This document shows positions 29,830 through 38,614 of a stretch of 58,579 nt of DNA, piece after piece. The first letter of the stretch is position 1. Each line of letters starts with the position of its first letter. Position numbers and translations under genes: made by a program. The notes under the pieces were generated by a model. The model worked only from the letters and a program-made list of their open reading frames with translations. It did not search any database and had not been told where the DNA came from. Source of the DNA: Patescibacteria group bacterium (lineage in GTDB: Bacteria; Patescibacteriota; Patescibacteriia; 2-12-FULL-57-11); assembly GCA_004299275.1 (NCBI GenBank), contig SCSU01000061.1, positions 1-58,579 of the forward strand, read 5' to 3'.

Positions 29830-31725
29830 ATGAACTCTTTAGTTAGAGCCAAGGAAGAAATTTTGGCGCACCTTGCCGCCGCTATCGGCCCGGAGGCGGA
29901 ATTGCTCGCGGACTCGCTCGGCGAGCCGCCGCAGCCGGACTTCGGCGATTTGAGTTTTGCCTGTTTTTCCCTCTCTAAAATTTGGAGCAAAAAGCCAACG
30001 GTCATCGCGAACGACCTCGCCGCCTCAATCGGCCGGGAGCTCGCGCAGACCAAAGAAAAAGGTTATGTGGAGCGCGTGGAGGCCCGCGGCCCCTACCTGA
30101 ATTTTTGGCTGGACATCGGGCGCGTAGCCCAGGAGACGCTCCGACAGGCGGCGCGGAGCGGCAGCCGCTACGGCACCCGCGCGGCCGGAGCCATCGGCGC
30201 GCGCTTGCCGGCGGTAGATACTTTTTTGGAATCGCAGATTGAAGAGCTCCGGAATTTTTTGCCCGGCCGGGGAATTATCCACGGCGTTTCCCGGCTGGTT
30301 AAAGTCCCGGGACGCGCCGGCGCGCGGCTGCTCGAGTCGGTCGGCGGTGCGCGACGGCGGCCGCTCGTCATGGTTGAGGTCTGTTCGCCGAACACTCATA
30401 AAGAAATTCATATCGGACATTTGCGCAATATCGTGTTCGGGCGGGCGATAGTAACGCTCCGCCGGGCGCTGGGCGAGGAGGTAATTACAAGCTCCTACCC
30501 GGGAGACGCCGGCGCGCACGTGGCCAAAACGCTCTGGGCGCTGGACAAATTCCACAAGAATGAGCCGGTGCCGGCGGAAAAGGGCCGCTATCTGGGCAAG
30601 ATTTACAGCGAGGCCAGCCGGGCGCTGGAAAAAAATCCGCAAGTTAAAGGCGAGATTGACTCGGTTCAGCGTTCGCTTGAGGCCGGGGACAAATACTGGA
30701 CCGCGCTGTGGCGCAGAACGCGCGCCTGGAGCATTGCTGAGATAAAAGCGGTTTTCACCGAACTCGGCGTGCCGATCCGGCGCTGGTATTTTGAGAGCGA
30801 AACCGAGGGGCCGGGGCGGCGGCTGGTGGGCGAGCTCTTAAAAAAGGGGGTCGCCCAAAAAAGCCAAGGCGCGACAATTATTGATTTGTCCGCCGAGGGG
30901 CTGGGCGCTTTCCTGATATTAAAATCGGACGGCACGACGCTTTATGCCACCAAAGACCTGGCTTTGGCCAAGAAAAAATTTGCGGAATATCCACTGGACC
31001 TTTCCATCCATGTCGTTGACGCCCGGCAGACGCTCTACTTCAAACAGCTTTTTGCCGCGCTTCGTAAAATCGGCTTTGCCAAACAACTGGTGCATCTGCC
31101 TTTTGAATTTGTGACGCTCAAAGAGGGCCCGATGAGTTCGCGGCTCGGCAATGTCATTGCTTACGAAGACCTGCGCGACGAGATGATCAAAAAGACCTCG
31201 GCCGAAACGCAAAAACGCCATACCGATTGGCCGAAAAAACGCCTCCAGTCCACCGCGCATGCGATTGCCCTGGCCGGCATGGTGGTGGGTATGCTCAAAC
31301 AGGACACTGACCGGCAGATTGTTTTTGACCTGGAAGAAGCGCTCTCCTTTGACGGTTTTACCGGGCCGTATCTGCAGTATACTTTAGCCCGGGTCAAAGG
31401 AATTTTGGCCAAAGTTCAAAGCGGGCGCCGCGGCGCGGCGGACGGTGGGTATAACTTTAATCGACCAGAAGAGCGCGCGCTTGTCCTGGACTGCGCCCGC
31501 TACAGCGAGGCGGTCAAAGAAGCGGCGGAGTCCTATCGGCCGGCGAAGCTCGTGGCTTTTTTATTCGTTTTGGCCAAGCATTTTGCCGAGTTCTACGAAC
31601 GGGTGCCGGTCATCGCCTCGCCCGAAGCCGAACGCGCCGCGCGCCTCACGCTCGTCGCGGCGGTCGGCGCGGTGCTCGAAAGCGGTTTCCGCCTGCTCGG
31701 TATTCCGGTGGTTCGTGAGATGTAA
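29830..31725 (+). CDS. argS: arginine--tRNA ligase
   Basis: 631 aa. SPNTHKEIHIGHLRN (HIGH) and a C-terminal DALR-type anticodon-binding region. Confidence 0.9.
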   Translation: MNSLVRAKEEILAHLAAAIGPEAELLADSLGEPPQPDFGDLSFACFSLSKIWSKKPTVIANDLAASIGRELAQTKEKGYVERVEARGPYLNFWLDIGRVAQETLRQAARSGSRYGTRAAGAIGARLPAVDTFLESQIEELRNFLPGRGIIHGVSRLVKVPGRAGARLLESVGGARRRPLVMVEVCSPNTHKEIHIGHLRNIVFGRAIVTLRRALGEEVITSSYPGDAGAHVAKTLWALDKFHKNEPVPAEKGRYLGKIYSEASRALEKNPQVKGEIDSVQRSLEAGDKYWTALWRRTRAWSIAEIKAVFTELGVPIRRWYFESETEGPGRRLVGELLKKGVAQKSQGATIIDLSAEGLGAFLILKSDGTTLYATKDLALAKKKFAEYPLDLSIHVVDARQTLYFKQLFAALRKIGFAKQLVHLPFEFVTLKEGPMSSRLGNVIAYEDLRDEMIKKTSAETQKRHTDWPKKRLQSTAHAIALAGMVVGMLKQDTDRQIVFDLEEALSFDGFTGPYLQYTLARVKGILAKVQSGRRGAADGGYNFNRPEERALVLDCARYSEAVKEAAESYRPAKLVAFLFVLAKHFAEFYERVPVIASPEAERAARLTLVAAVGAVLESGFRLLGIPVVREM

Positions 31726-31811
31726 TTGAAAGTTTTGGTTACTACAGTTTTCTCTTGCAGGCTTTGGCACGGGTGTTATACTCACCCCCACGATGAATTA
31801 ATCGCAAATGT

Positions 31812-32267
31812 ATGTTTAAACAGCGTTTAGAGGGCGGCGCCGGCGACACCGTCATCGCCGGCGGGGTCAAGGTCGAAGGTGATTTTGTGAGCGAGGGCAA
31901 TGTGATTATCGAAGGCGAAGTGGTCGGGAGTCTCCGGACCGCGCGCGACCTGCAGGTCGGCGACGCGGCCAAGATCCACGCCGACGTGGCGGCGACCAAC
32001 GCCCGCGTTGCCGGCGAGGTGCGGGGCAATGTCGTCATCAAAGAAAAACTGGAGCTGGCTTCGTCCTCGCGAATTTTCGGAGACGTTCAGGCTAAGATTT
32101 TAACGGTTGAGGCCGGCGCGCAGTTGAACGGCAAAATTCATATGGGGGAAGCGCCCGCCGAGGCGACGAGCAAGAGCGAACGCAATCACGCGGAACGGAC
32201 TACGGCTGGCGGTCTCTCGGCGCTCGTCGGCAACCGCGTCAAGGCAGAGAAGGCCAGCGCAAATTAG
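31812..32267 (+). CDS. bactofilin-family cytoskeletal protein
   Basis: Beta-helical repeats: VIAGGVKVEGDFVSEGNVIIEGEVVGSL...VAGEVRGNVVIKEKLEL... Confidence 0.85.
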   Translation: MFKQRLEGGAGDTVIAGGVKVEGDFVSEGNVIIEGEVVGSLRTARDLQVGDAAKIHADVAATNARVAGEVRGNVVIKEKLELASSSRIFGDVQAKILTVEAGAQLNGKIHMGEAPAEATSKSERNHAERTTAGGLSALVGNRVKAEKASAN

Positions 32268-32339
32268 TTAATAGCTATAGTTTATAGCTATAGGTCTTTA
32301 AAAAATTTCTCGCTATTCACTATAGCTATATACTTTTTT

Positions 32340-33110
32340 GTGTACCACTATATCTACGACAACTTTCTTTCCGACAAGCGGCAGGCCAAGACGCTGGCGG
32401 AGCTCGAAAACCGGCTGACTGATTTGGGCATTCAGGGGCGGGTTGACCGCCTCCATCCTTTCAAAAGTCTGCGCGAGGCGATTGACGAGGGCCTCCGGCG
32501 CGGCACTAAGACTTTGGTTGCCGTCGGCAACGACGAAACTTTCAAAAAAATTTTGGATGTGGCGGCGGGCATGGGCGTGACTGTCGGTTATGTCCCGCTC
32601 GCGCCCGAGAGCGCCTTTGCCGAGCTTTTGGGCATCCCGCTCGGAGTCGCGGCTTGCGACATCCTCGCCGCCCGACTGACCGAAAAGCTTGATGTCGGCC
32701 GAGTCAACGGGCAATATTTTTTGGCCGCGGTTTCCTTTGACGCCAAAAACGTTAAGTTGGAATGCGAGGGGCGGTTTCGGCTGGAGCTCGTCGCCGGCGG
32801 ACGGGTTTCCATTATGAACATCGCGGCCGTGGAGCGGGACGCCCCGGAACACGTGGCCAATCCTTTTGACGGCCTGCTCGAAGCGGTGCTCGAGCCCGCG
32901 GCCGCCGGTCCTCGGCCGTTTCGCGGCCGGGCAGTGCCGAGCGTTTTACCGATTAAACGCGTGGTGGCGCGTTCGCCAGAGGCATTTTCGCTTTACTCCG
33001 ACGGCCGCGAGCTCAAGAGCCAGAACGCGGAGATTGATTTGGCCAAAGAAAAACTCAAGGTGATTATCGGCAAGTCGCGGCTGTTCGCGGCGATGGCCGG
33101 CGGCGGATAG
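32340..33110 (+). CDS. diacylglycerol/lipid kinase catalytic-domain protein (YegS-like)
   Basis: GTG start. The TLVAVGNDETF block resembles the DAGK_cat GGDGT region (degenerate). Confidence 0.6.
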   Translation: MYHYIYDNFLSDKRQAKTLAELENRLTDLGIQGRVDRLHPFKSLREAIDEGLRRGTKTLVAVGNDETFKKILDVAAGMGVTVGYVPLAPESAFAELLGIPLGVAACDILAARLTEKLDVGRVNGQYFLAAVSFDAKNVKLECEGRFRLELVAGGRVSIMNIAAVERDAPEHVANPFDGLLEAVLEPAAAGPRPFRGRAVPSVLPIKRVVARSPEAFSLYSDGRELKSQNAEIDLAKEKLKVIIGKSRLFAAMAGGG

Positions 33111-33135
33111 CGCAGATGGCACGGGGTGTTATCAA

Positions 33136-33173
33136 GAGTGTTTACAACCTCCTATAGGAGGTTGTAAACACTC
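33136..33173. other. perfect 17-bp hairpin at the boundary of the low-GC LAGLIDADG segment
   Basis: GAGTGTTTACAACCTCC-TATA-GGAGGTTGTAAACACTC. Confidence 0.8.
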
Positions 33174-33233
33174 AAGATACGGGCGGTTGTGACCGCGTAA
33201 AAAAATATTTGGTAGACGCTTATTATTTGAGGT

Positions 33234-33881
33234 ATGTTGCCCAAATAAAAAGTCGCCATTAAGTGGTCCCCTAAATTCGCCTATGCCCTCGGTCTTCTGA
33301 CCTCGGATGGCAGCCTTTCTATTGATGGCAGACACGTAAATTTTACGTCAAAAGAATTGGAGTTAATTAAATTATTTCGAGCCTGTCTTTGTCTGGATAA
33401 CGCAATCGGCAGGAAGGTTCGTTCAAACGAGCGTGAAAAGAGGTACTACCAAGTACAATTCGGCGACGTAATTTTTTATCGATTTCTTCTTGATATCGGT
33501 CTTACTCCTAAAAAGTCCAAGACGATTGGTTCACTTAAAATTCCGGACGATTTTTTCTTTGACTTTCTGCGCGGATATTTTGACGGTGATGGGTCGGTAT
33601 TTTCCCATAAAGACCGTCGTTGGAAAAACAGTATTATGCACTACCTTGTTTTCATCTCGGCTAGTCGGAACCATCTTCAATGGATACAAGATACTAATCG
33701 ACGTTTGCTTTCAATCCGCGGAGCAATCAGCCAAGGTGGTAGAGGTGTTTTTCAGCTCCGTTACGCCAAACGCGAATCTCGTCTTCTTGCCAAACGATTG
33801 TATTACCATCTAGTATTACCATACGGGAAAAGAAAATTTAGAAAACTTCAAAAAATCATGGGCGAGTGGAGAAACTGGTAG
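33234..33881 (+). pseudogene. two-motif LAGLIDADG homing endonuclease gene interrupted by an in-frame TAA at codon 5
   Basis: ATG 33234 MLPK-TAA(33246-48)-KVAIKWSPKFAYALGLLTSDGSLSIDGR... (motif 1) ...FLRGYFDGDGS (motif 2). The track ORF starts at TTG 33357. The last 22 nt overlap tRNA-Leu. Confidence 0.6.
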
Positions 33882-33944
33882 ACTCGTATGCTTGAGGGGC
33901 ATATGCTGAAAAGCATGAGGGTTCGAATCCCTCCTCGCCCACCA
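33860..33944 (+). tRNA. tRNA-Leu (anticodon GAG), long variable arm, CCA encoded
   Basis: GGGCGAG...TATGC-TTGAGGG-GCATA-variable arm-GAGGGTTCGAATCCCTC-CTCGCCC-ACCA. Confidence 0.85.
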
Positions 33945-34083
33945 GCCTTCGCCAAGGCTTCGGCTGGCAAGCCAGATGTAGCTCAAGCGACGGCTGGCAT
34001 GCCGGCAGGAAGGTTTGGCGAAGGCTGTCCTTCGTAGCTTGCAGAGCGAAGAAGGGCAAAAGACGCTCCGACGAACGTCGGAG

Positions 34084-34160
34084 CGTCTTTAATGGGCGGT
34101 TAGCTCAGCTGGTTAGAGCGTCTCGTTTACACCGAGAAGGTCGTAGGTTCGAATCCTACA
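34084..34160 (+). tRNA. tRNA-Val (anticodon UAC), CCA encoded
   Basis: GGGCGGTTAGCTCAGCTGGTTAGAGCG-TCTCG-TTTACAC-CGAGA-..GTAGGTTCGAATCCTAC-ACCGCCC-ACCA. Confidence 0.9.
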
Positions 34161-34163
34161 CCG

Positions 34164-34189
34164 CCCACCAAAGCACCCCGACGCATGTC
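34164..34189 (+). terminator. rho-independent terminator after tRNA-Val
   Basis: CACCCCGAC-GCAT-GTCGGGGTG followed by TTTT. Confidence 0.75.
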
Positions 34190-34257
34190 GGGGTGTTTTG
34201 TATCTTGACTAATTTTAAATTTCCTTTATATTTCTGTCGTCCCCTGAGGAGGAAACG

Positions 34258-34902
34258 ATGGATGCAGAACAGAGACGTGCAGCGCTTCTCGATTTCTTCG
34301 ACTCGCACTTGCTCGAGCCGAAGCCGGAGAGAGCGGCCGCGCTCCTCGAGCCATTTGTCCGGATGATTGAGGACGGCCGTTACTATCTCTCGGCGCGGAG
34401 CAAATTCCGCGCCAGCCAGGTGACGGCGATTCTCGCGCTCGCGACGGACGGAGCAATCCAAAAGGGCGAGCTGGTCTCGTTGTCCGCGCCGCCGCTCCGC
34501 GAGGGCTGGATGACTGAGGAGGCCGCGGCCAAGTCCTTTGGCGTCGCGCTGGCGGTGAGCACTTGTTCTTTGGAACTGCCGCGGCTTGCGCTGGAGCCGC
34601 CGCGCGGAGGAGGGGAGCTCCCGCTCGAGGACGAGGTCACTGACTTTCTCGAGGCGACGCTCTGGAAGGACCTGCGCCCGTGTCTCGTAAACACCCTCTG
34701 CGCGGAGCTCGGGGAACACCAGCGGCTCAGCCGCTGGGTCAGCGACACCTGGGACGCGCTATTCCTCGTTCTGCTCGCCGCGCGGCAAAACCGCACCGAT
34801 GTTTTCCTGCGGCTTAAACCCCTGATCGAGCTCCTCTCCCACGCCATCCTCGCCGGCCGCAAACGCGACGATTCCTCGACAGCGATACTCTTTGTCGCCT
34901 GA
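34258..34902 (+). CDS. hypothetical protein, 214 aa
   Basis: GAGGAGG lies 5 nt upstream of the ATG, and a hairpin plus T run follows. No family recognised. Confidence 0.55.
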   Translation: MDAEQRRAALLDFFDSHLLEPKPERAAALLEPFVRMIEDGRYYLSARSKFRASQVTAILALATDGAIQKGELVSLSAPPLREGWMTEEAAAKSFGVALAVSTCSLELPRLALEPPRGGGELPLEDEVTDFLEATLWKDLRPCLVNTLCAELGEHQRLSRWVSDTWDALFLVLLAARQNRTDVFLRLKPLIELLSHAILAGRKRDDSSTAILFVA

Positions 34903-34967
34903 CCCCCCGCCGTAGCCGAGGGGGCTTTTTTATGTTATACTTCCGGCATAACAATAAATGATGATAT

Positions 34968-35345
34968 ATGCCTGCTTCCAAAACGATATTAGTCGTGGAA
35001 GATGAGCTGTCGGTCAGCAAGGTTTTAAAAGATAAATTATCGCGGGCGGGGTTCCGGATGCTCACGGCCGCGAACGGCGCCGAGGGTTTGCGTTCGGCCC
35101 TGCGCCACCATCCCGATTTGATATTGCTGGACATCATTATGCCGGTCATGGACGGGATGACCATGCTTAAAAAATTGCGTCAGGACAAATGGGGAAAAAA
35201 AGCCGAGATTATCATACTGACCAACTTAAGCGACACCAAAGACGTGGCCGATGCCCTGCGCGCCGGCGCGTATGACTATTTAGTCAAAGCCAATTGGAGT
35301 TTGGAGAGTTTGGTGCGGCGGGTAAAGGACAGATTAGGGGTGTGA
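34968..35345 (+). CDS. stand-alone response regulator receiver domain (CheY-like)
   Basis: ILVVEDE...DLILLDIIMPVMDG...IIILTN...K. 125 aa. Confidence 0.9.
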   Translation: MPASKTILVVEDELSVSKVLKDKLSRAGFRMLTAANGAEGLRSALRHHPDLILLDIIMPVMDGMTMLKKLRQDKWGKKAEIIILTNLSDTKDVADALRAGAYDYLVKANWSLESLVRRVKDRLGV

Positions 35346-35357
35346 TATAATTACGGC

Positions 35358-35594
35358 ATGCAATATTTTGTCGGCATCCTGTTTATCGCTCTCGGGGTGC
35401 TCTTAGTGCTCAAGACCGAATTTTTTTACGGCCTTGTCGGCGCCATGGAATGGCCGGAGAAGCACATCGGCCCGGGCGGAACAAGAATTTTTTTAAAAAT
35501 TGTCGGGTTAGTTCTGGTTTTTGCCGCCTTTCTTTTAATGAGCGGAACTCTGGCCGACGTCGGCCGAGTAGTGCTGACGCCTACAGTCCGCTGA
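35358..35594 (+). CDS. small membrane protein, 78 aa
   Basis: Two hydrophobic helices. ORF only. Confidence 0.45.
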   Translation: MQYFVGILFIALGVLLVLKTEFFYGLVGAMEWPEKHIGPGGTRIFLKIVGLVLVFAAFLLMSGTLADVGRVVLTPTVR

Positions 35595-35643
35595 TTTTAC
35601 GACGCTGATAACGCTGATAGCATTTGCGACAATAATCAGCGGA

Positions 35644-35668
35644 CTACTCACGACTCACTACTTCACCT
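35644..35668. repeat. heptamer array, CGACTCA family (CTACTCA CGACTCA CTACTTC ACCT), ends at the ATG
   Basis: Direct reading. Confidence 0.75.
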
Positions 35669-36208
35669 ATGCCCTACCTTCCCTCCGGCACCGAATTGCT
35701 GAACCCCTTCCAGATATTAGAACGCGCGGGGGTTAAAGAGGGGATGCGCGTCGCCGACCTCGGTTCGGGCGCTATCGGCCATTTTGTTTTTCCGGCCGGC
35801 CGGATGGTCGGCAAAAACGGCGCGGTTTACGCCGTGGATATTTTGAAGTCCGCGCTCGCCGGGGTTGAGTCGCGGGCCAAGATTGAGGGCGCGGCTAATG
35901 TGCAGACAGTTTGGGCGGACATCGAAGTCGTTGGCGCGACAAATATCCCCGCTGGAACGCTCGACATCGTGCTCCTCATCAACAATCTCCCCAAGCAATC
36001 TATGGTGGCGGAAGCGGTTCGGCTTTTAAAACCCGGCGGCAAACTGCTGGTGGTTGACTGGAGTCCGACCGCCTCGCCGTTCGGTCCGCCGTCTAAAGAC
36101 CGGGTGGACAAAGAGACGGCCAAACGGCTCGCCGCCGAGCAAAAATTGCGGCTGAAAGATGAATTTCAAGCCGGCCGCTACCATTACGGGCTGGTGTTCG
36201 AAAAATAG
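35669..36208 (+). CDS. class I SAM-dependent methyltransferase
   Basis: Motif I VADLGSGAIGHF, and post-I/II motifs ...LKPGGKLLVVDW. Confidence 0.8.
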   Translation: MPYLPSGTELLNPFQILERAGVKEGMRVADLGSGAIGHFVFPAGRMVGKNGAVYAVDILKSALAGVESRAKIEGAANVQTVWADIEVVGATNIPAGTLDIVLLINNLPKQSMVAEAVRLLKPGGKLLVVDWSPTASPFGPPSKDRVDKETAKRLAAEQKLRLKDEFQAGRYHYGLVFEK

Positions 36209-36252
36209 CTCCGGCTATCGTAAGACCGCTCCGATACAATGTCGGTGCGGTC

Positions 36253-36711
36253 TTGTATTATGTTGATGATTTGCTATTATCGTTCGCGAATATGATTGAC
36301 TGGCGTTTGCTTTTTTCGCCGCGGTTTTGGTTTGCGATTGGCTGGAATCCTCTCCAACCGCGGACGGGATTTATTATGGCCGCGGTTTTCGGTTTGTTTT
36401 TGGTCGCCGGCGCGACACTTTGGTTCTTCGCGAGCCGCCGCGACAGGTTTGACCCGCCGCTTCGCCGCGCGCTTAAACGTTTCGGCCACGTTTTTTTCAC
36501 CGTCGGCCTGCTCGGATTATTCTTCACCCTTACCGCCTACGAACAGGCCGGAGTTTTTGCCGCGCGTTTTTGGTTTTTGCTTCTGCTTTTGATTTTTGCG
36601 GTATGGCTCGGCTCCGAGGCCTGGCGGGCGCATATTCTGATTCCGGCGGAGCGCGAAGCGGCTTCCATCAAAGAACGTTTGAAAAAATATTTCGGGAAAA
36701 AACGGCAGTAG
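36253..36711 (+). CDS. hypothetical integral membrane protein
   Basis: TTG start in the track (an in-frame ATG at 36292 is also possible). Three to four hydrophobic helices. Confidence 0.5.
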   Translation: MYYVDDLLLSFANMIDWRLLFSPRFWFAIGWNPLQPRTGFIMAAVFGLFLVAGATLWFFASRRDRFDPPLRRALKRFGHVFFTVGLLGLFFTLTAYEQAGVFAARFWFLLLLLIFAVWLGSEAWRAHILIPAEREAASIKERLKKYFGKKRQ

Positions 36712-36718
36712 GATTATT

Positions 36719-37084
36719 ATGGACGGCCGAAAGAATCTGGGCAATTTCGGCGAGCGGCTGGCCGTCACAGCGCTTTTGCGTCAGGGTTATAAAATTCGCG
36801 GCCGGCAGGTGCGCACTCCCTTTGGCGAGATTGACATCATTGCCGAGGCGCCCGACCACCTTATTTTTGTGGAGGTAAAAACGCGGCGAACCGCGGAGTT
36901 CGGCGCGCCCGAAGAGGCAATTACCGAAAAAAAGCGCGAACATCTGGCGAACGCCGTGGAGTCCTACCGGCTGGCCGAAGGCCTCTTGGATAGACCGTTC
37001 CGCGTGGACGCTATTGCCATTTTTTTGGACGAGGCCAAGCGCAAGGCGACCGTTAGACACATTAAAAATATTCTGGAGGACTAA
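36719..37084 (+). CDS. yraN: YraN-family (UPF0102) endonuclease-like protein
   Basis: GERLAVTALLRQGYKIRGRQVRTPFGEIDIIAEAPDHLIFVEVKTRR. Confidence 0.85.
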   Translation: MDGRKNLGNFGERLAVTALLRQGYKIRGRQVRTPFGEIDIIAEAPDHLIFVEVKTRRTAEFGAPEEAITEKKREHLANAVESYRLAEGLLDRPFRVDAIAIFLDEAKRKATVRHIKNILED

Positions 37085-37089
37085 AGTCC

Positions 37090-37145
37090 ATTCTCCCTTT
37101 GCTAAAGGGAGTCCCCACAGGGGGAGGGATTTAGATTGGAGGGCA
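37090..37145 (+). repeat. REP-like double hairpin, family A (copy 3)
   Basis: ATTCTCCCTTTGCTAAAGGGAGTCCCCACAGGGGGAGGGATTTAGATTGGAGGG, starting 6 nt after the yraN stop. Confidence 0.85.
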
Positions 37146-37165
37146 TCGGGGATAGGGTATAGTGT

Positions 37166-37194
37166 TTGACAGTCCGTCGGGTGTTTGATATCTT
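37166..37194 (+). promoter_or_regulatory. promoter-like TTGACA - 17 nt - TATCTT upstream of nusA
   Basis: Sequence match only. Confidence 0.4.
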
Positions 37195-37205
37195 ACTCAT
37201 TGCTA

Positions 37206-37237
37206 GGACGAGCTATTGAGTAGGCTCGTCCATTTTT
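37206..37237 (+). terminator. intrinsic-terminator-like hairpin inside the nusA leader
   Basis: GGACGAGC-TATTGAGTAG-GCTCGTCC followed by ATTTTT. Confidence 0.6.
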
Positions 37238-37255
37238 CTACTCGTTCTCTAATTT

Positions 37256-37290
37256 CTACTCACGACTCACTATTCCCGACTCACTACTTT
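37256..37290. repeat. heptamer array, CGACTCA family, ends 1 nt before the nusA ATG
   Basis: CTACTCA CGACTCA CTATTCC CGACTCA CTACTTT. Confidence 0.8.
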
Positions 37291-37291
37291 T

Positions 37292-38599
37292 ATGGCTTCC
37301 CCCATTGTTCAGGCAATGAAGCAAATCTGCGACGAGAAAGGCATCCCTTACGAGGCGGTGCTTGATACCGTTTCGGCCGCGCTTGCCGCCGCTTATCGCA
37401 AGGATTTCGGCGAAAAGAATCAAAACGTCAAAGTGGAGTTTGACCCGGAGACGGGCGGCTCCCGCGTTTTTGACGTGAAGACGGTCGTTTCCGACGAATT
37501 CGTGGCCGAGGCCGTTAAAGAAATGGAGGCGTTTGAAGCGGCGCGCACCGCGGGCAAAGAGGTCAGCGCGGAAAAAATAAAAGAAGGCCGCGTGGAGCAG
37601 GCTATTGCCGTCGCCAAGCCCGGGGAGCTCGTCGCCGCCGGCGAGCCGGTGGAAGAGGTCAAGTACAATCCCAAACTGCATCTCTCGTTTTCCGAAGCGC
37701 AAAAAATCAAACCGGACGCGCAGATCGGCGAGGAACTCCGGATTGAGTTGCCTCTGCCGGGCGCTTTCGGCCGCATGGCCGCCCAGACCGCCAAACAAGT
37801 CATCACCCAGCGCCTGCGCGAGGCCGAGCGCACCCGCGTCTTTGAGGAATTCAAGGGCAAGGAAGGGGAGCTCCTGACCGGCATGGTCCAGCGGCGCGAG
37901 GGCAAGATGATTTTGGTGGATTTGGGGCGGGTAACCGGAGTCATGTCGCCGACCGACCAGATGCCGAGCGAACCCTACAACTCCGGCGACCGCGTGCGGG
38001 TTTTCGTCTATTCGGTCCAGATGGGGCCGAAGGGGCCGGAGATACTTATCTCACGGACGCATCCAGACATGATTCGCCGGCTTTTTGCCTTGGAGATTCC
38101 GGAGGTCGCTTCCGGCGTGGTGCAGATCCACTCCATCGCCCGCGACCCGGGCTCCCGGGCCAAAGTGGCGGTTTCCTCCACACAGGAAAATGTAGACCCG
38201 ATCGGTTCCTGCATCGGCCAGCGCGGCAGTCGCATCCAGACGGTCATCTCGGAACTGGGCGGGGAGAAGATAGACATTATTGAGTGGAAAGATGACCCCG
38301 AGCGCTTCATCATCAATTCGCTCTCCCCGGCCAAGTCAATCAAAGTTGCCTTGGACCGCGAGACTAAAGTTGCCACCGCGAGCATCGCGCCGGAACAGCT
38401 TTCTTTGGCCATTGGCCGCGGCGGGCAGAACGTGCGCTTGGCGGCAAAATTGACCGGCTGGAAGATCAACATCGTCGAGGCTGGCGGCGACAAAATCGAG
38501 TCAACCAGCGAAACGGCGGCGGGGGACGCGGAACCGCCAGCACCCAAGGAAGCAGAAGCCGCCGAAGAGAAAAATGATAAGGGTGCAGTTGCGGGTTAA
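37292..38599 (+). CDS. nusA: transcription termination/antitermination factor NusA
   Basis: 435 aa. S1 domain (GELLTGMVQRREGKMILVDLG) and two KH domains (GSCIGQRGSRIQ, LAIGRGGQNVRLA). The N-terminal domain carries an insertion. Confidence 0.9.
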   Translation: MASPIVQAMKQICDEKGIPYEAVLDTVSAALAAAYRKDFGEKNQNVKVEFDPETGGSRVFDVKTVVSDEFVAEAVKEMEAFEAARTAGKEVSAEKIKEGRVEQAIAVAKPGELVAAGEPVEEVKYNPKLHLSFSEAQKIKPDAQIGEELRIELPLPGAFGRMAAQTAKQVITQRLREAERTRVFEEFKGKEGELLTGMVQRREGKMILVDLGRVTGVMSPTDQMPSEPYNSGDRVRVFVYSVQMGPKGPEILISRTHPDMIRRLFALEIPEVASGVVQIHSIARDPGSRAKVAVSSTQENVDPIGSCIGQRGSRIQTVISELGGEKIDIIEWKDDPERFIINSLSPAKSIKVALDRETKVATASIAPEQLSLAIGRGGQNVRLAAKLTGWKINIVEAGGDKIESTSETAAGDAEPPAPKEAEAAEEKNDKGAVAG

Positions 38600-38614
38600 C
38601 GCGCCAACGATTTT

